Positions 9,418 to 20,200 of a stretch of DNA of 64,000 bases are shown here, piece by piece. The position numbers were made by a program, and so were the translations under genes. Source of the DNA: Anaerolineales bacterium (GTDB lineage: Bacteria > Chloroflexota > Anaerolineae > Anaerolineales > UBA6663); contig JBGAGY010000002.1 of the NCBI GenBank assembly GCA_044226485.1, forward strand, positions 336,176 through 400,175, given 5' to 3'. Every line of letters starts with the position of its first letter. Position 1 is the stretch's first letter. The notes beneath the pieces were generated by a model, which was not told the DNA's origin, made no database searches, and worked only from the letters and a program-made list of their open reading frames with translations.

Positions 9418-11064
9418 CTACCGCAGCGACAGGCCCATGTGATCCGAGGCCTCAGCGCTGTCGCTGACGTTGAGCGACTCCTGATGCCAGAAGGCGGCGC
9501 CGGTCGCGGTCAGGCCGAGGCTGGTTCCATAGATCACGTTTGCGCCTCCGGCATTGTCCGCGGCGTTGATCTGTTCACCCGGCACGCCCACGACGAGATC
9601 GGCGAAGCCATTGCCATCGTAGTCGCCGCCGGTGAGCGCGATCCCGAAGTCGTCGGCGACTTCGGCGGTGCTGCCGATGTTGTCCTGGAACCAGCGGTTG
9701 TCGTTAGCGCTGCTCAGGCTGCCCGGCCCGCCATAGAGCACGTTCACCTCGCCGACGTTGCTGAGGGCCGTGTCCTCGCCAGGCACGCCGACGGCAAGAT
9801 CGTCGTAGCCGTCAGCGTTGAAGTCGGAGCTGTGCAGGCTGTAGCCGAAGAGGTCGTTGGCCTCGGCCACGCCGTCGAGATTGTCCTGGCCTTGCAGCCA
9901 GAGCTGGTTCTGGGAGGCGGTCAGCCCGGCCGCCGAACCGCGAATCACATGAACGGCCCCAACCGACGCGGTGGCTCCGCTGGCTTCGTTGGGCACGCCG
10001 ACGGCCAGGTCGTTGCGGCCGTCATGTTCGAAGTCGCCGATGGCAAGCGCGTAACCGAAGTGGTCGCTCGCCTCAGGGACTCCCTGCACGCCCGGCGTGT
10101 CCTGCGACCAGAGCTGGTTGTTGGTTGAAGAGAGCCCACTGGCTGAGCCGTACAACACGTTCACGGCCCCCGCGTCCGTCGCGGCCGCCGTGTCGTCTTG
10201 TGGGACGCCGATGGCCAGATCGTCGTAGCCGTTGCCATCGAGGTCGCCCGCCGCCAGGACGTAGCCGAAGCGGTCGTCTTCGACGGGTTCGCCCAGGACC
10301 TGGTCGGAATCCTGCGTCCAGATCTGGCTGCCGGCCGACGTCAGGCCTTGTGCCGAGCCGTAAAGCACATTGACGGCGCCGGCCGACGCGGCGCTGCCCA
10401 CCGCCTCGAACGGCGCGCCGATGGCGAGATCGGCGAAGCCGTCGCCGTTGAAGTCCCCGACGATCAAGGTGTAGCCGAAGCCGTCTCCGGCTTCTTCGAC
10501 TCCGGGCACGTCGGGAGACGCCTGGGTCCAGATGTCGTGGTTGGTCGCGACGAGGCCCGACGGCGACCCGTCGAAGACCCACACGCCGCCGGCTCCGGCG
10601 AACGTGCCGACGGTCTTCCCGGGCGCGCCGACGGCGAGGTCGGTGTAGCCGTCGCCGTTGAAGTCGCCGGCGCCGAGGCCGAGCCCGAATTCATCACCGG
10701 CATCCGGTACACCCAGGACGTTTGTTGTATCGAGGCTCCAGGCGTCGTTCGCATCGGGATAGAGCCCCGAAGGCGTGCCGTGCATGAGGTGCACCATGCC
10801 GGCATTGGTCTGCCCGGCAAGGTCTTCATCGGGCACACCGATGGCGAGATCTTCGTAGCCGTCGCCGTTGAAGTCGACGTTGATCGTTGTCGCGCAACCC
10901 GGCGCGATCCCGGCCGCACCCCCAACGCCGCTGACCGCGTTCTGCAGCGAAGGAAAGTACAGGTGGTAAGCGCAGTTGCCGGTCTGAGCCTCTGCCCGCA
11001 ATGGGGACAAGGCCACCAGCATCACCACAGCCAGACGGGTCAAGCGTGAAAGTCTTCCTGACAT
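9418..11064 (-). CDS. Secreted FG-GAP repeat (integrin alpha-like beta-propeller) protein
   Basis: Signal peptide ending AEA|Q; seven DFNGDGYxDLAIGxP...AGxV..xYG repeats; GGAGGA RBS. Confidence 0.9.
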   Translation of the reverse strand: MSGRLSRLTRLAVVMLVALSPLRAEAQTGNCAYHLYFPSLQNAVSGVGGAAGIAPGCATTINVDFNGDGYEDLAIGVPDEDLAGQTNAGMVHLMHGTPSGLYPDANDAWSLDTTNVLGVPDAGDEFGLGLGAGDFNGDGYTDLAVGAPGKTVGTFAGAGGVWVFDGSPSGLVATNHDIWTQASPDVPGVEEAGDGFGYTLIVGDFNGDGFADLAIGAPFEAVGSAASAGAVNVLYGSAQGLTSAGSQIWTQDSDQVLGEPVEDDRFGYVLAAGDLDGNGYDDLAIGVPQDDTAAATDAGAVNVLYGSASGLSSTNNQLWSQDTPGVQGVPEASDHFGYALAIGDFEHDGRNDLAVGVPNEASGATASVGAVHVIRGSAAGLTASQNQLWLQGQDNLDGVAEANDLFGYSLHSSDFNADGYDDLAVGVPGEDTALSNVGEVNVLYGGPGSLSSANDNRWFQDNIGSTAEVADDFGIALTGGDYDGNGFADLVVGVPGEQINAADNAGGANVIYGTSLGLTATGAAFWHQESLNVSDSAEASDHMGLSLR

Positions 11065-11128
11065 GATTCATCCTCCATCGCGGACAGGGCATGCCCTGCC
11101 CGCCTCATGACGCTGCGACCACCGCACA

Positions 11129-11583
11129 TCACCGGATGACCTCGCCCATGTAGTCGCTGTACTCGGCCTGGTCTCCCACGCCGGGCGAGTCTTGAGTCCA
11201 CAGGCTGACCCCGGTCGCGATGAGGCCACCCGGTGATCCCGGGACCACGACAAATCCTCCGGCAGCGATCTGCTCAGCGACGGTGATCCCCGGTATGCCG
11301 ATCGCAAGCTCGGCCATGCCATCGCCGTCATAGTCGCGGTCAGTGCCGCGCCGAAGCCCAGATCCTGATAACCATCGCCGTTGAAGTCGACGTCGCCCGG
11401 TGCCGCACAGCCCGGCGACATGCCGGGCGGGGTGTTGCCGGAGACCGGGCCGTTGAGCACGGTCGGCAGCCGCAGGCGAAAGGCGCAGCGGCCGGCCGCC
11501 GGCGACGCAGGCGCGAACGACAGCGGCAGACCCATCGTCGCGTGGAGGGAGGAGCGTGGGAGAGATGGAAATGCGCATGTCAT
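11129..11583 (-). pseudogene. Internally deleted, frameshifted paralog of the FG-GAP protein
   Basis: Frame from 11583 gives CAFRLRLPTVLN...PGCAAPGDVDFNGDGYQDL (matches the N-terminus of the neighbour); a second frame gives DYDGDGMAELAIGIPG...DYMGEVIR-stop (matches its C-terminus); shift near 11336. Confidence 0.85.
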
Positions 11584-11798
11584 GTCGTGTCGTCGATCGG
11601 CAGGTCTGGCGCGTCGTCGCCGCCCGTCTCCGCCCTGAGGAACGCCACAAGGCGATCAAGGCTGGCGAAGTGGAACTCGGCTCCGGTCAGCACAAGACGC
11701 ACCGTCGCGCGCCATGACGCCGACGGATCGGCGCGCCAGAGCCGCAGGACATAGAGGCGCACGACACCCGGATGGGCCAGCTTGCCGCTTTCACTCAT
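11580..11798 (-). CDS. Small (72 aa) hypothetical protein, LYVLRLW...WRA...TG...F.SL..L..FL type
   Basis: ATG 11798; TGA overlaps the next ATG (ATGA 11583-11580); compact beta-beta-beta-alpha-like pattern. Confidence 0.75.
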   Translation of the reverse strand: MSESGKLAHPGVVRLYVLRLWRADPSASWRATVRLVLTGAEFHFASLDRLVAFLRAETGGDDAPDLPIDDTT

Positions 11799-11838
11799 GT
11801 TGGATACGCTTGAACGATGACGGAGCTTGGCAGACGCG

Positions 11839-11856
11839 CGTCCCCAAATCGTCCCC
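11839..11856 (-). promoter_or_regulatory. Candidate SARP-type binding site (heptamer direct repeat, 11-bp period)
   Basis: CGTCCCC-aaat-CGTCCCC in the 78-bp divergent spacer; on the minus strand a -10-like CAAGCT begins 9 nt downstream. Confidence 0.6.
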
Positions 11857-11876
11857 GACGGCGCGTTCACTAATCG

Positions 11877-14800
11877 ATGAGCGACATCGAGCTTCTGCTC
11901 CTTGGCCCGTTTCAGGCCACTGTGGACGGCGAACCCGCCCGGTTTCGCTCCGACAAAGTGCGGGCCCTGCTCGCCTATCTCGCGCTGTCACCCGATCAAC
12001 CTCATCGACGCGAGACGCTGGCGGCGCTGCTCTGGCCCGACATGCCCGACAGCGTCGCGCACAACAACCTGCGCAAGTCCCTCCACCGACTCAAAGAAAG
12101 CCTGGGCGATGGCGGCGCCGAGTCGCTGTTGACGATCGATCGTCAATCCGTGCAGTTCAACGACGGCGTCGCGCGTGTCGACGCCACGCTGTTATCGAGG
12201 CGCGTCGCGGCCTGCGAGTCGCATGCGCATCGGCATCTGCACACCTGTCAGGAGTGCCTCGATCGCTTGATGGAGGCGCAGGCGCTCTATCGGGGCGAAT
12301 TGCTGGCCGGCTTCGCGGTTTCCGATTCGATCGGCTTCGAAGAATGGCTGGCCCTTCAACGCGAGAGGCTGCAGCAGCGGGTCTTGTTGGCGCTGTACAA
12401 CCTTGCCGAGGCGTACTCAGAGCGCGGCGAGTCGGCGTCGGCCGCCCGATTTGCGGCGCGTCAGATCGAGATCGAACCCTGGCGCGAAGAGGCGCATCGA
12501 CAGTTGATGCGCGCGCTCGCCGCAGACGGTCGACGAAGCGAGGCGCTCGCGCAATTCGATCTCTGTCGGCGCGCGCTGGCCGACGCGTTCGGCGTCGAGC
12601 CGGCACCTGAGACGACCTCGCTCTACGAAGCTCTGCAGCGCGAAGCCGGCGCTCAGCCCGAGCCGTCGAGTTCGATGCGCGGCTTCCCGATGACGTTGAC
12701 GCCACTGATCGGGCGCGCGACGGAGTCGGCCCACATCGTCGAGCGGTTGCTCGATCCAGACTGTCGGTTGCTGACCCTCACCGGGCCCGGCGGCATCGGC
12801 AAAACACGCCTGGCGTTGCACACGGCGCAGACACTGGCAAGCCGGTCGCGTTTCGCTGACGGCATCGTCTTCGTGTCGGTCGAATCGATGTCCGCGCTGG
12901 CGGAGTTGCAGGCCGCGCTCGCCCAGACGTTCCAGCTTCGATTTCACGAAGACGCGGCGCTCAGTTCCCAACTCGCGGAGCACCTGCGCGACAAACAGGT
13001 GCTGCTCGTGCTCGACGGCTTCGAATCGCTTGCCTCTGAAGCGGGGGCGTTAGCGGAGTGGTTGTCGATCGCCTCAAGGCTGAAGCTGCTTGTCACCTCG
13101 CGCGAGCGGCTCAACCTGCGCGCGGAATGGCTGCTGTCGATCGAGGGTCTCAGCGTGCCCGCCGCCGATGAGCAGCCCCGGCCGGCGGATCATGGCGCCG
13201 TCAGGCTCTTCCTCGAGCTTGCCGGGCGGATCCGGCCGGATTTCGCGCCAGGGCAAGCCGACCTCGACGCCATCCGCCGCGTCTGTCGGGCCGTTGAAGG
13301 GCTGCCGCTCGGGATCGAGCTCGCGGCGGCGTGGCTGAGACACACCACTCCGGCCGCCATCGCCGACCTCATCGAGCGCAGCCCCGGTGATCTCGAGACG
13401 CCCTTGCGTGACATGCCGGCGCGCCATCTCAGCCTGCGCGCCGTCTTCGAACACTCATGGGAACGGCTCGCCGAGCCAGAACGGCAACGGCTGGCGCGCC
13501 TCGCAGTGGTGCGCGGCGCGTTCGACGTCGAAGTCGCTCAGGCCGTCGGCGACGCCAACCGCGCCTGTCTGAGCGCCCTGATCGACAAGTCGCTGCTGCA
13601 ACACACGCCGGATGGCCGCGTGCGCATGCACGAACAACTGCGTCAGTTCGCGCTTGAGAAGCCCGAGGCCGTTGCGGGTTTCGCCAGTCATGGCGGGTAT
13701 TTCCTCGCGCGTGTCGCGCAGGTAGGCCCGGCCTTCTTTGGCCCCGATCCGCGGCAGGCAGCGGCCACGCTGGCGGGCGATCTCGACAACGTGCGCCAGG
13801 CCTGGCGTTGGGCGTTGGCTCACGATCGGACCGAGATCGTGCGCGAAGCTGTCGAGGGCCTGGCTGCGTATTACCTCTTCGCCGGGCTACTCGGCGAAGG
13901 CGAAAGCGCGTTTGAGTTCGACGAAGATCTGGCAGACCGTCATCCGCAGCTTGCCGCCGAGCTTCTGGCCCGCCGCGCCGACTTCGCCAGCCGGGTGGGG
14001 CGATTGCCCGAGGCTCAAGCGCACGTCAGACGTGCCGTGGCGCTCGATCCTGCCAACGTGTTTGCCTGCATCATGCGCGGCCGCGTGCTCGAACTGCAGG
14101 GTCGTCATGCTGAGGCGCTGGTCACGCTCGAGGAGGCCTGCGCGCTGGCGCTGACCTCGGGAGCCAGTCGACTGACGGCCCTGGCTTTGAATCGCCTGGC
14201 CAACGTGCACTGGCGCATGGGGGCCTATCCGGCTGCGATCAAGCGATTCCAGCAGGCTTTGCAGCTCGATCGCGACCTGGGGCACAAGGTCGGCCAGGCC
14301 ATGCACCTGGGCAATCTCGGGATCGTGCTGCGCGAGCAAAGCGAATACGCGCGCGCCGAGACGTGTCTGCAACAGGCGCTCGACATCGACCAGGCGCTCG
14401 GCAACGACCTGGGCACCGCCCGGCACCTCAACAACCTCGGCCTCGTGCGCTGGCAGACGGGTCGGCGCGCCGAAGCACTCGACTGCTATCGACAGGCCCT
14501 GGCGATCGCCGAGCGCCTGGGGCATGCCCGCGGCATCGCATCCTGCATCAGCAACATCGGCATCCTCCACCGCGAGCGTGGCGAATATGTTCAGGCGATC
14601 CAGGCCTATGAACGCGCTCTGCAGCTGGCGCGTAACGCGGGCGCGCGGGCGAACATCAGCAACAACCTCAAGAACCTGGGCAACACCTATCGCGAGATTG
14701 GCGACTACGCTCAGGCGCGGCGCTACTACGATGAAGCCCAGGTGATGGATGTCGAGGACGGCAATACTGAAGGGCTGGCTCGCCTCTGGGGCTATGTCGC

Positions 14801-15275
14801 GACGCTCAGCGCTGAGACCAGCGACCTGGCTTCCGCGCGCACACTCTTCGAGCGCGGTGTGGGAGCACTGCGTGAACTCGGCGCCCGCTACTATCTGGCC
14901 TGGCAGCTCGTCGACCTGGCGGATGTGTGTCTGAGCCTGGGCGACACCCCGGCCGCGCTCTCGTTCGCGCGCGAGGGCGAAGAGGTGGCGCGAGCGGCGG
15001 GTCGCGACGATTACGCCGTGCGCGCTCGCGCGATCACGGCCCGAGCCCTGCATGCCGATGGACGGACTGAGGAGGCCTGCGCGCTGCTGGTGCCCCGTCT
15101 GTCAGACGCCAGCGAGTTGGAGCGGGCCGTGCTTCATGAAGCGTTGTGGCAGATCAACGGAAAAGAGACACACGCCTCAGCGGCGCTCGAAGCCTACGAA
15201 GCGCTGACGACGCAGACACCGAGCGCTCACAATCGCGCGCGTGTCGACGTGCTGCGTCGCGCGCTGGGCCGTTAG
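11877..15275 (+). CDS. SARP/AfsR-like regulator: wHTH + BTAD + STAND (NB-ARC-like) ATPase + TPR
   Basis: [34 protein letters not shown] (BTAD), Walker [34 protein letters not shown], several C-terminal TPRs. Confidence 0.93.
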   Translation: MSDIELLLLGPFQATVDGEPARFRSDKVRALLAYLALSPDQPHRRETLAALLWPDMPDSVAHNNLRKSLHRLKESLGDGGAESLLTIDRQSVQFNDGVARVDATLLSRRVAACESHAHRHLHTCQECLDRLMEAQALYRGELLAGFAVSDSIGFEEWLALQRERLQQRVLLALYNLAEAYSERGESASAARFAARQIEIEPWREEAHRQLMRALAADGRRSEALAQFDLCRRALADAFGVEPAPETTSLYEALQREAGAQPEPSSSMRGFPMTLTPLIGRATESAHIVERLLDPDCRLLTLTGPGGIGKTRLALHTAQTLASRSRFADGIVFVSVESMSALAELQAALAQTFQLRFHEDAALSSQLAEHLRDKQVLLVLDGFESLASEAGALAEWLSIASRLKLLVTSRERLNLRAEWLLSIEGLSVPAADEQPRPADHGAVRLFLELAGRIRPDFAPGQADLDAIRRVCRAVEGLPLGIELAAAWLRHTTPAAIADLIERSPGDLETPLRDMPARHLSLRAVFEHSWERLAEPERQRLARLAVVRGAFDVEVAQAVGDANRACLSALIDKSLLQHTPDGRVRMHEQLRQFALEKPEAVAGFASHGGYFLARVAQVGPAFFGPDPRQAAATLAGDLDNVRQAWRWALAHDRTEIVREAVEGLAAYYLFAGLLGEGESAFEFDEDLADRHPQLAAELLARRADFASRVGRLPEAQAHVRRAVALDPANVFACIMRGRVLELQGRHAEALVTLEEACALALTSGASRLTALALNRLANVHWRMGAYPAAIKRFQQALQLDRDLGHKVGQAMHLGNLGIVLREQSEYARAETCLQQALDIDQALGNDLGTARHLNNLGLVRWQTGRRAEALDCYRQALAIAERLGHARGIASCISNIGILHRERGEYVQAIQAYERALQLARNAGARANISNNLKNLGNTYREIGDYAQARRYYDEAQVMDVEDGNTEGLARLWGYVATLSAETSDLASARTLFERGVGALRELGARYYLAWQLVDLADVCLSLGDTPAALSFAREGEEVARAAGRDDYAVRARAITARALHADGRTEEACALLVPRLSDASELERAVLHEALWQINGKETHASAALEAYEALTTQTPSAHNRARVDVLRRALGR

Positions 15276-16654
15276 GCGGCGGCCGCCATCGCGGCCCACG
15301 CGCGCTCCACGTCGGCCGTTGTCGTGCGCCAGTTCGAGAAAGCGGCCCGAACGGCCGGACGGCCGGCGTAAGTGGTGGGCGTCAGGAAGACCTCGCCTCC
15401 CGCTCGCACACGAGCCAGGAAGTCCGCCACGCGCTCCGCAGGCGCGTCTCCGGCAAGCGTGAAGCAAACGACGTTCAACCGCACTGGAGCGAGCAACTCA
15501 AAGCCCGAAGACTTCTCGAAATGCGCGCCGAGGTCGCGCGCCAGGTCGCAGCAGCGCTCGACGATGTCGCGATAGCCGTCTGCGCCGTAGGCCCGCAGCG
15601 TGAACCAGGCCGGCAGGGCGCGCCAGCGCCGTGAGTTTTCGGGCGTGAGGTGCAGGGCGTCGGGGTCGTCGCCGAGCGCGCCGAGATAGGCCGCGCTGTT
15701 CTGAAAGACCTGGGCCTGAAGATCGCGATGGCGCGTGAACTGCATGGCGCTGTCATAGGGGACGTTGAGCCACTTGTGGGCGTCGACGCAGAGCGAATCG
15801 GCAGCGTCGATCCCGGCCACCAGGTGAGCGTGCTCGGGCGAGCAGGCCGCGAAACCGCCGAAGGCCGCGTCGACGTGCAGCCAGAAGCCGTAGCGTTCAC
15901 GCAGTGAGACGATGGCCTGCAGGTCATCGAAGTCGCCGGTGTTGACCGTGCCGGCGTTGGCCACGACGATCGCGGGCTGGCCGTCGAGCGCCGCCAGGCG
16001 TTGTTCGAGCGCGTTCACGTCGATGCTTTCGCGGCCGGGCAGGGCCGGCACCGGGCGCAGGGCGTCGCGGCCCAGGCCCAGGATGCTCAGGGCCTTGTAG
16101 ACGGACGAATGCGCGACGGCGCTCAACACCGGCGTGGGCGGCAAGGCGCCGACGCCCCGTGCGGCCACGTCGATGCCGAGTCGAGCGCCGACCCACTGGC
16201 GCGCGATCGCGAGGCCGACGAGGTTGCTTTGCGTGGCGCCGGAGACGAAGAGACCGTTATGCGCGTCTGAGAGACCGAACAGGGTCCGCAGCATTGCGAT
16301 GGCCTCGCGCTCGACCCGGACGGTGGCGGGCTCGGTCTTGCCGGTGGCGTTCTGATCGTAGGCTGCGGCGAGCCAGTCGCCGAGCAAGGCGGCGGGCGTG
16401 CTCCCGCCGGTGACGAACCCCCAGTAGCGCGGGCCGGCGCTGCCGGTCAGCCCGGCGGCGAAGCGCTCTCGAAATTCGAGCAGCGCGGCGCGTGCGCCGA
16501 CGCCGACAGTGTCGATTCCCTGTGGATCATCGAGCTGTGTGGCGCGACCCGCTGGATGCTGCGCCAGGCCAGTCAGGTGGCTGGCCGCCGCGTCGCGGGC
16601 GATGGAGAGCAGGTCATCCATGGTGGATAGATCGATCGCCAGTTGTGGATGCAT
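15272..16654 (-). CDS. Group II PLP-dependent (aromatic amino acid/glutamate) decarboxylase family
   Basis: [32 protein letters not shown]; start 16654 or 16621. Confidence 0.9.
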   Translation of the reverse strand: MHPQLAIDLSTMDDLLSIARDAAASHLTGLAQHPAGRATQLDDPQGIDTVGVGARAALLEFRERFAAGLTGSAGPRYWGFVTGGSTPAALLGDWLAAAYDQNATGKTEPATVRVEREAIAMLRTLFGLSDAHNGLFVSGATQSNLVGLAIARQWVGARLGIDVAARGVGALPPTPVLSAVAHSSVYKALSILGLGRDALRPVPALPGRESIDVNALEQRLAALDGQPAIVVANAGTVNTGDFDDLQAIVSLRERYGFWLHVDAAFGGFAACSPEHAHLVAGIDAADSLCVDAHKWLNVPYDSAMQFTRHRDLQAQVFQNSAAYLGALGDDPDALHLTPENSRRWRALPAWFTLRAYGADGYRDIVERCCDLARDLGAHFEKSSGFELLAPVRLNVVCFTLAGDAPAERVADFLARVRAGGEVFLTPTTYAGRPAVRAAFSNWRTTTADVERAWAAMAAAA

Positions 16655-16710
16655 CGATGGTTTCACTCTTGTATCGCAACAGGGCCGATCGATCGGCCGC
16701 GCTGGCAGCC

Positions 16711-17091
16711 TCAGCCCACGCCGTCGAACGCGGTAGCCAGGAAGTCGAGGATGCTGACGATCAGGGCGACAACCGCCACTGTCAGACCCGACACCTGCAG
16801 CAGGATGGGCCACAATTGTGTCTTCGCGCGGGTCGCCCAGCGCCACAAGGCCCACGCCGCGCCCACAACGGCCGCCAGGCCGCCGACCGCCATGGCCGCC
16901 GACGTCACCGTGGGCACGTCAAGCCCGGCATGGATCCCGAGCGTGTCCACCAGGATGCGCGGCACGTGCACGGCCGGCACCGAGGCAAAGAGGTCGTAGA
17001 CGCCCTCATAGAACAATCCGCCTGCGATCACCAGGACGCTGACGTAAGCCAGCGGGAGCAGCCAGCGCCGCGCCATATCGAATAGTCGCAT
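16711..17091 (-). CDS. Small membrane protein (3 TM)
   Basis: Three hydrophobic segments; GGAG upstream. Confidence 0.55.
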   Translation of the reverse strand: MRLFDMARRWLLPLAYVSVLVIAGGLFYEGVYDLFASVPAVHVPRILVDTLGIHAGLDVPTVTSAAMAVGGLAAVVGAAWALWRWATRAKTQLWPILLQVSGLTVAVVALIVSILDFLATAFDGVG

Positions 17092-17286
17092 ACTCGCTCC
17101 GAGATGCCCGACACTTTATCATGTGCGTTGGACTTTCGTATGGGGCCCAACGGCCTCGAACAGGCTATAATCAATCTCTGCCTCTGTGGCGCAACCGCTG
17201 CACTTGCTTTTCAAGCCGACTGACTAGAATCATTTGGTGTCCGCCGGAGCCATGGCGAGCTTCGGACCACGACGCCTGAGCCAGGT

Positions 17287-20200
17287 ATGTCTTTCGTTCA
17301 TCTTCACTGTCACTCGGAGTACTCGCTCCTCGACGGCTTCTCGAACATCAAGAAGCTGGTCAAACGCGCCAAGGAGATGGAGATGCCGGCGGTCGCGCTG
17401 ACCGACCACGGCACCATGCACGGCACGATCGAGTTCTTCAGCGCCGCCACCGAAGCCGGCGTCAAACCGATCATCGGCCTCGAGGCCTACCTCGCGCCGC
17501 GGCGCATGCAGGACCGCGACTCCAAGATCGACCTCAAGCCCTTCCACCTGCTGCTGCTCGCCGAGAACCAGACCGGCTACAAGAACCTGCTGAAGATCGC
17601 CAGCGCCGCTCAGCTCGAAGGCTTTTACGGCAAGCCGCGCGTCGACCGCGACTACCTTGCCGCGCACAACGAAGGCATCATCGCCACAAGCGGCTGTCTG
17701 GCCGCCGACGTGCCGCGCGCGCTTGTCGAGGGCAACGTCGACGAAGCCCGACGCCGCCTCGATTACTACTACGAGGTCTTCGGCCCCGATCGATTCTTCA
17801 TCGAGCTGCAGGCCCACGACATCCCCGAGCTGACGACGCTCAACCGCCAGTTGCTCGACCTCGCCCCGCGTTACCAGGCGCGCTACGTGGCGACCAACGA
17901 CGTGCACTACGTCGACGCCAAGGACGCCCGCCTGCAGGACGTGCTCCTGGCGGTGCAGACCGGCTGCACGCTGGCCGACCCGAAGCGCATGCGCATGTCG
18001 GACGCGTCGTACTACCTGCGCTCGCCTGACGAGATGCGCCGCCTCTTCGGCGACATCCCCGGCGCGATCGACAACACGCTCCTCATCGCCGAGCGCACGG
18101 CGCTTGACCTGAAGACCAAGGGCTACCACCTGCCGAAGTTCCCGGTGCCCGACGGCCATACCGCCGAGAGCTACCTGCGCGAGCTGTGCGAGGCCGGTCT
18201 GCGCATGCGCTATGGCTCGCGCGCCGATGCCGAAGAGGTGCGCACGCGCCTGAACTACGAGCTCGACGTGATCGAGAAGATGGGCTTCTCAGCCTACTTC
18301 CTGATCGTGTGGGATCTGTGCCGCTACGCCACGCGCGAAGGCATCTGGTACAACGCCCGCGGATCGGCCGCCGGCTCGATGGTGGCCTATGTGCTCGAGA
18401 TCACGCTGGTCGAGCCCCTGAGCCACGGCCTGATCTTCGAGCGCTTCCTCAACCCGGGCCGCATCTCGATGCCCGATATCGACCTGGACTTCCAGGACGA
18501 CCTGCGCGGGCGCATGCTCGACTACTGCGTGCGCAAGTACGGCGACGACAAGGTCGCGCAGATCATCACCTACGGCACACTCGGCGCCCGCGCCGCGATC
18601 CGCGACGTCGGCCGCGTGATGGACATCCCGCTGCCTGAGGTCGACCGCGTCGCCAAGACCATCCCGAACATCCCCGGCAAGCCTGTGACGCTGGCCCAGG
18701 CGCTCGAGGAGATCACGGAGTTCAAGCAGATCTACCAGGAGGCCCGCGGCGAGCAGGCCTACCTACGCGAGTTGATCGACACGGCCAAGGAGATGGAGGG
18801 CGTCGTCCGCAACGTCGGCACTCACGCCGCCGGCGTCGTCATCGGCGACAAAGCCCTGATCGAGTACCTGCCGCTGCACAGGCCGACCGGCAACGTCGAA
18901 GAGACGCCGATCAAGTCTGTGACGCAGTTCGAGATGGGCGTGCTCGAGAAGCTCGGCATGCTCAAGGTCGACTTCCTCGGCCTGGCGACGCTGACGATCA
19001 TGCAGCGCGCCTGCGCCCTGATCGCCGAGCGGCACGGCAAAGACTACTCGCTCGCCAACATCCCGACCGATCATCCCGCCACCTACGAGTTGATGGGCAA
19101 GGGCCAGACGGCGGGAGTGTTCCAGGTGGAAGGCACCGGCATGAAGCGCTACCTCATGCAGATGAAGCCGCAGAACCTGGACAACATCATCGCCATGATC
19201 TCGCTGTATCGGCCGGGGCCGCTCGAATTCATCCCCAGCTATATCAAGCGTATGCATGGCGAGGAGCAGGTCGAGTACCAGCACCCGTCGCTCGAGCCGA
19301 TCTTCAAAGAGACCTACGGCATCCCGGTCTACCAAGAGCAGATCATGCGTGCGGCCGTCGATCTGGCCGGGTACTCGATGTCCGAGTCGGACGATCTGCG
19401 CAAGGCGATCGCCAAGAAGAACAAAGAGCAGCTGCAGAAGCACTCGCAGAAGTTCATCGCCGGCGCCGTCGAGCGCGGCATGCCCAAAGACGCGGCCGAG
19501 AAGATCTTCGCCGACTGGGAAGAGTTCGCGCGCTACGGCTTCAACAAGAGCCACGCCGCCGACTACGGCGTGATCGCGGCCCAGACCGCCTACCTCAAGG
19601 CCGTCTACCCGGCCGAATACATGACGGCCCTGCTCTCGGTGTCGAAGGGCGAAACCGACAAGGTCGCCCAGTACATCGACGACTGCAAGTCGCTCGGCAT
19701 CCGCGTCCTCCCGCCGGATCTAAACAAAAGCGGTTTGGACTTTACGATCGAAGACGGGGAAAGCGAAGGTGCGAAGAGCGAGGAGCGCGGAGCGAAGCGT
19801 TCCAATGGCCGCACTTCGTCCCTGGCTCCGCGATCCTCGTCTTCCGCCATCCGCTTCGGCCTGGCCGCGATCAAGAACGTCGGCGAAGGCGCTGTCGAAA
19901 TCCTGGTCAAGGCGCGCAAGGCCGGCGGGCCGTTCGCGACGCTCGATGACTTGTGCCAGCGCGTCGATCTGCGCCAGGTCGGCAAGCGCGCGCTCGAGTG
20001 CCTGATCAAGGTCGGCGCGCTCGACAGCTTCGGCGACCGCGGCCAGCTGGTCGAGGGGCTCGATCAAATCGTCAACGCCAGCGCCGCGCACTTCAAGGCG
20101 GCCGAGTCGGGCCAGATGATGCTCTTCGGCGGAGCAGCCTCGGCTGAGACCGCGGCCTTCGCCCACGTCCAGCTCCCTAAGGCCAAGGTCACGGTGACCA

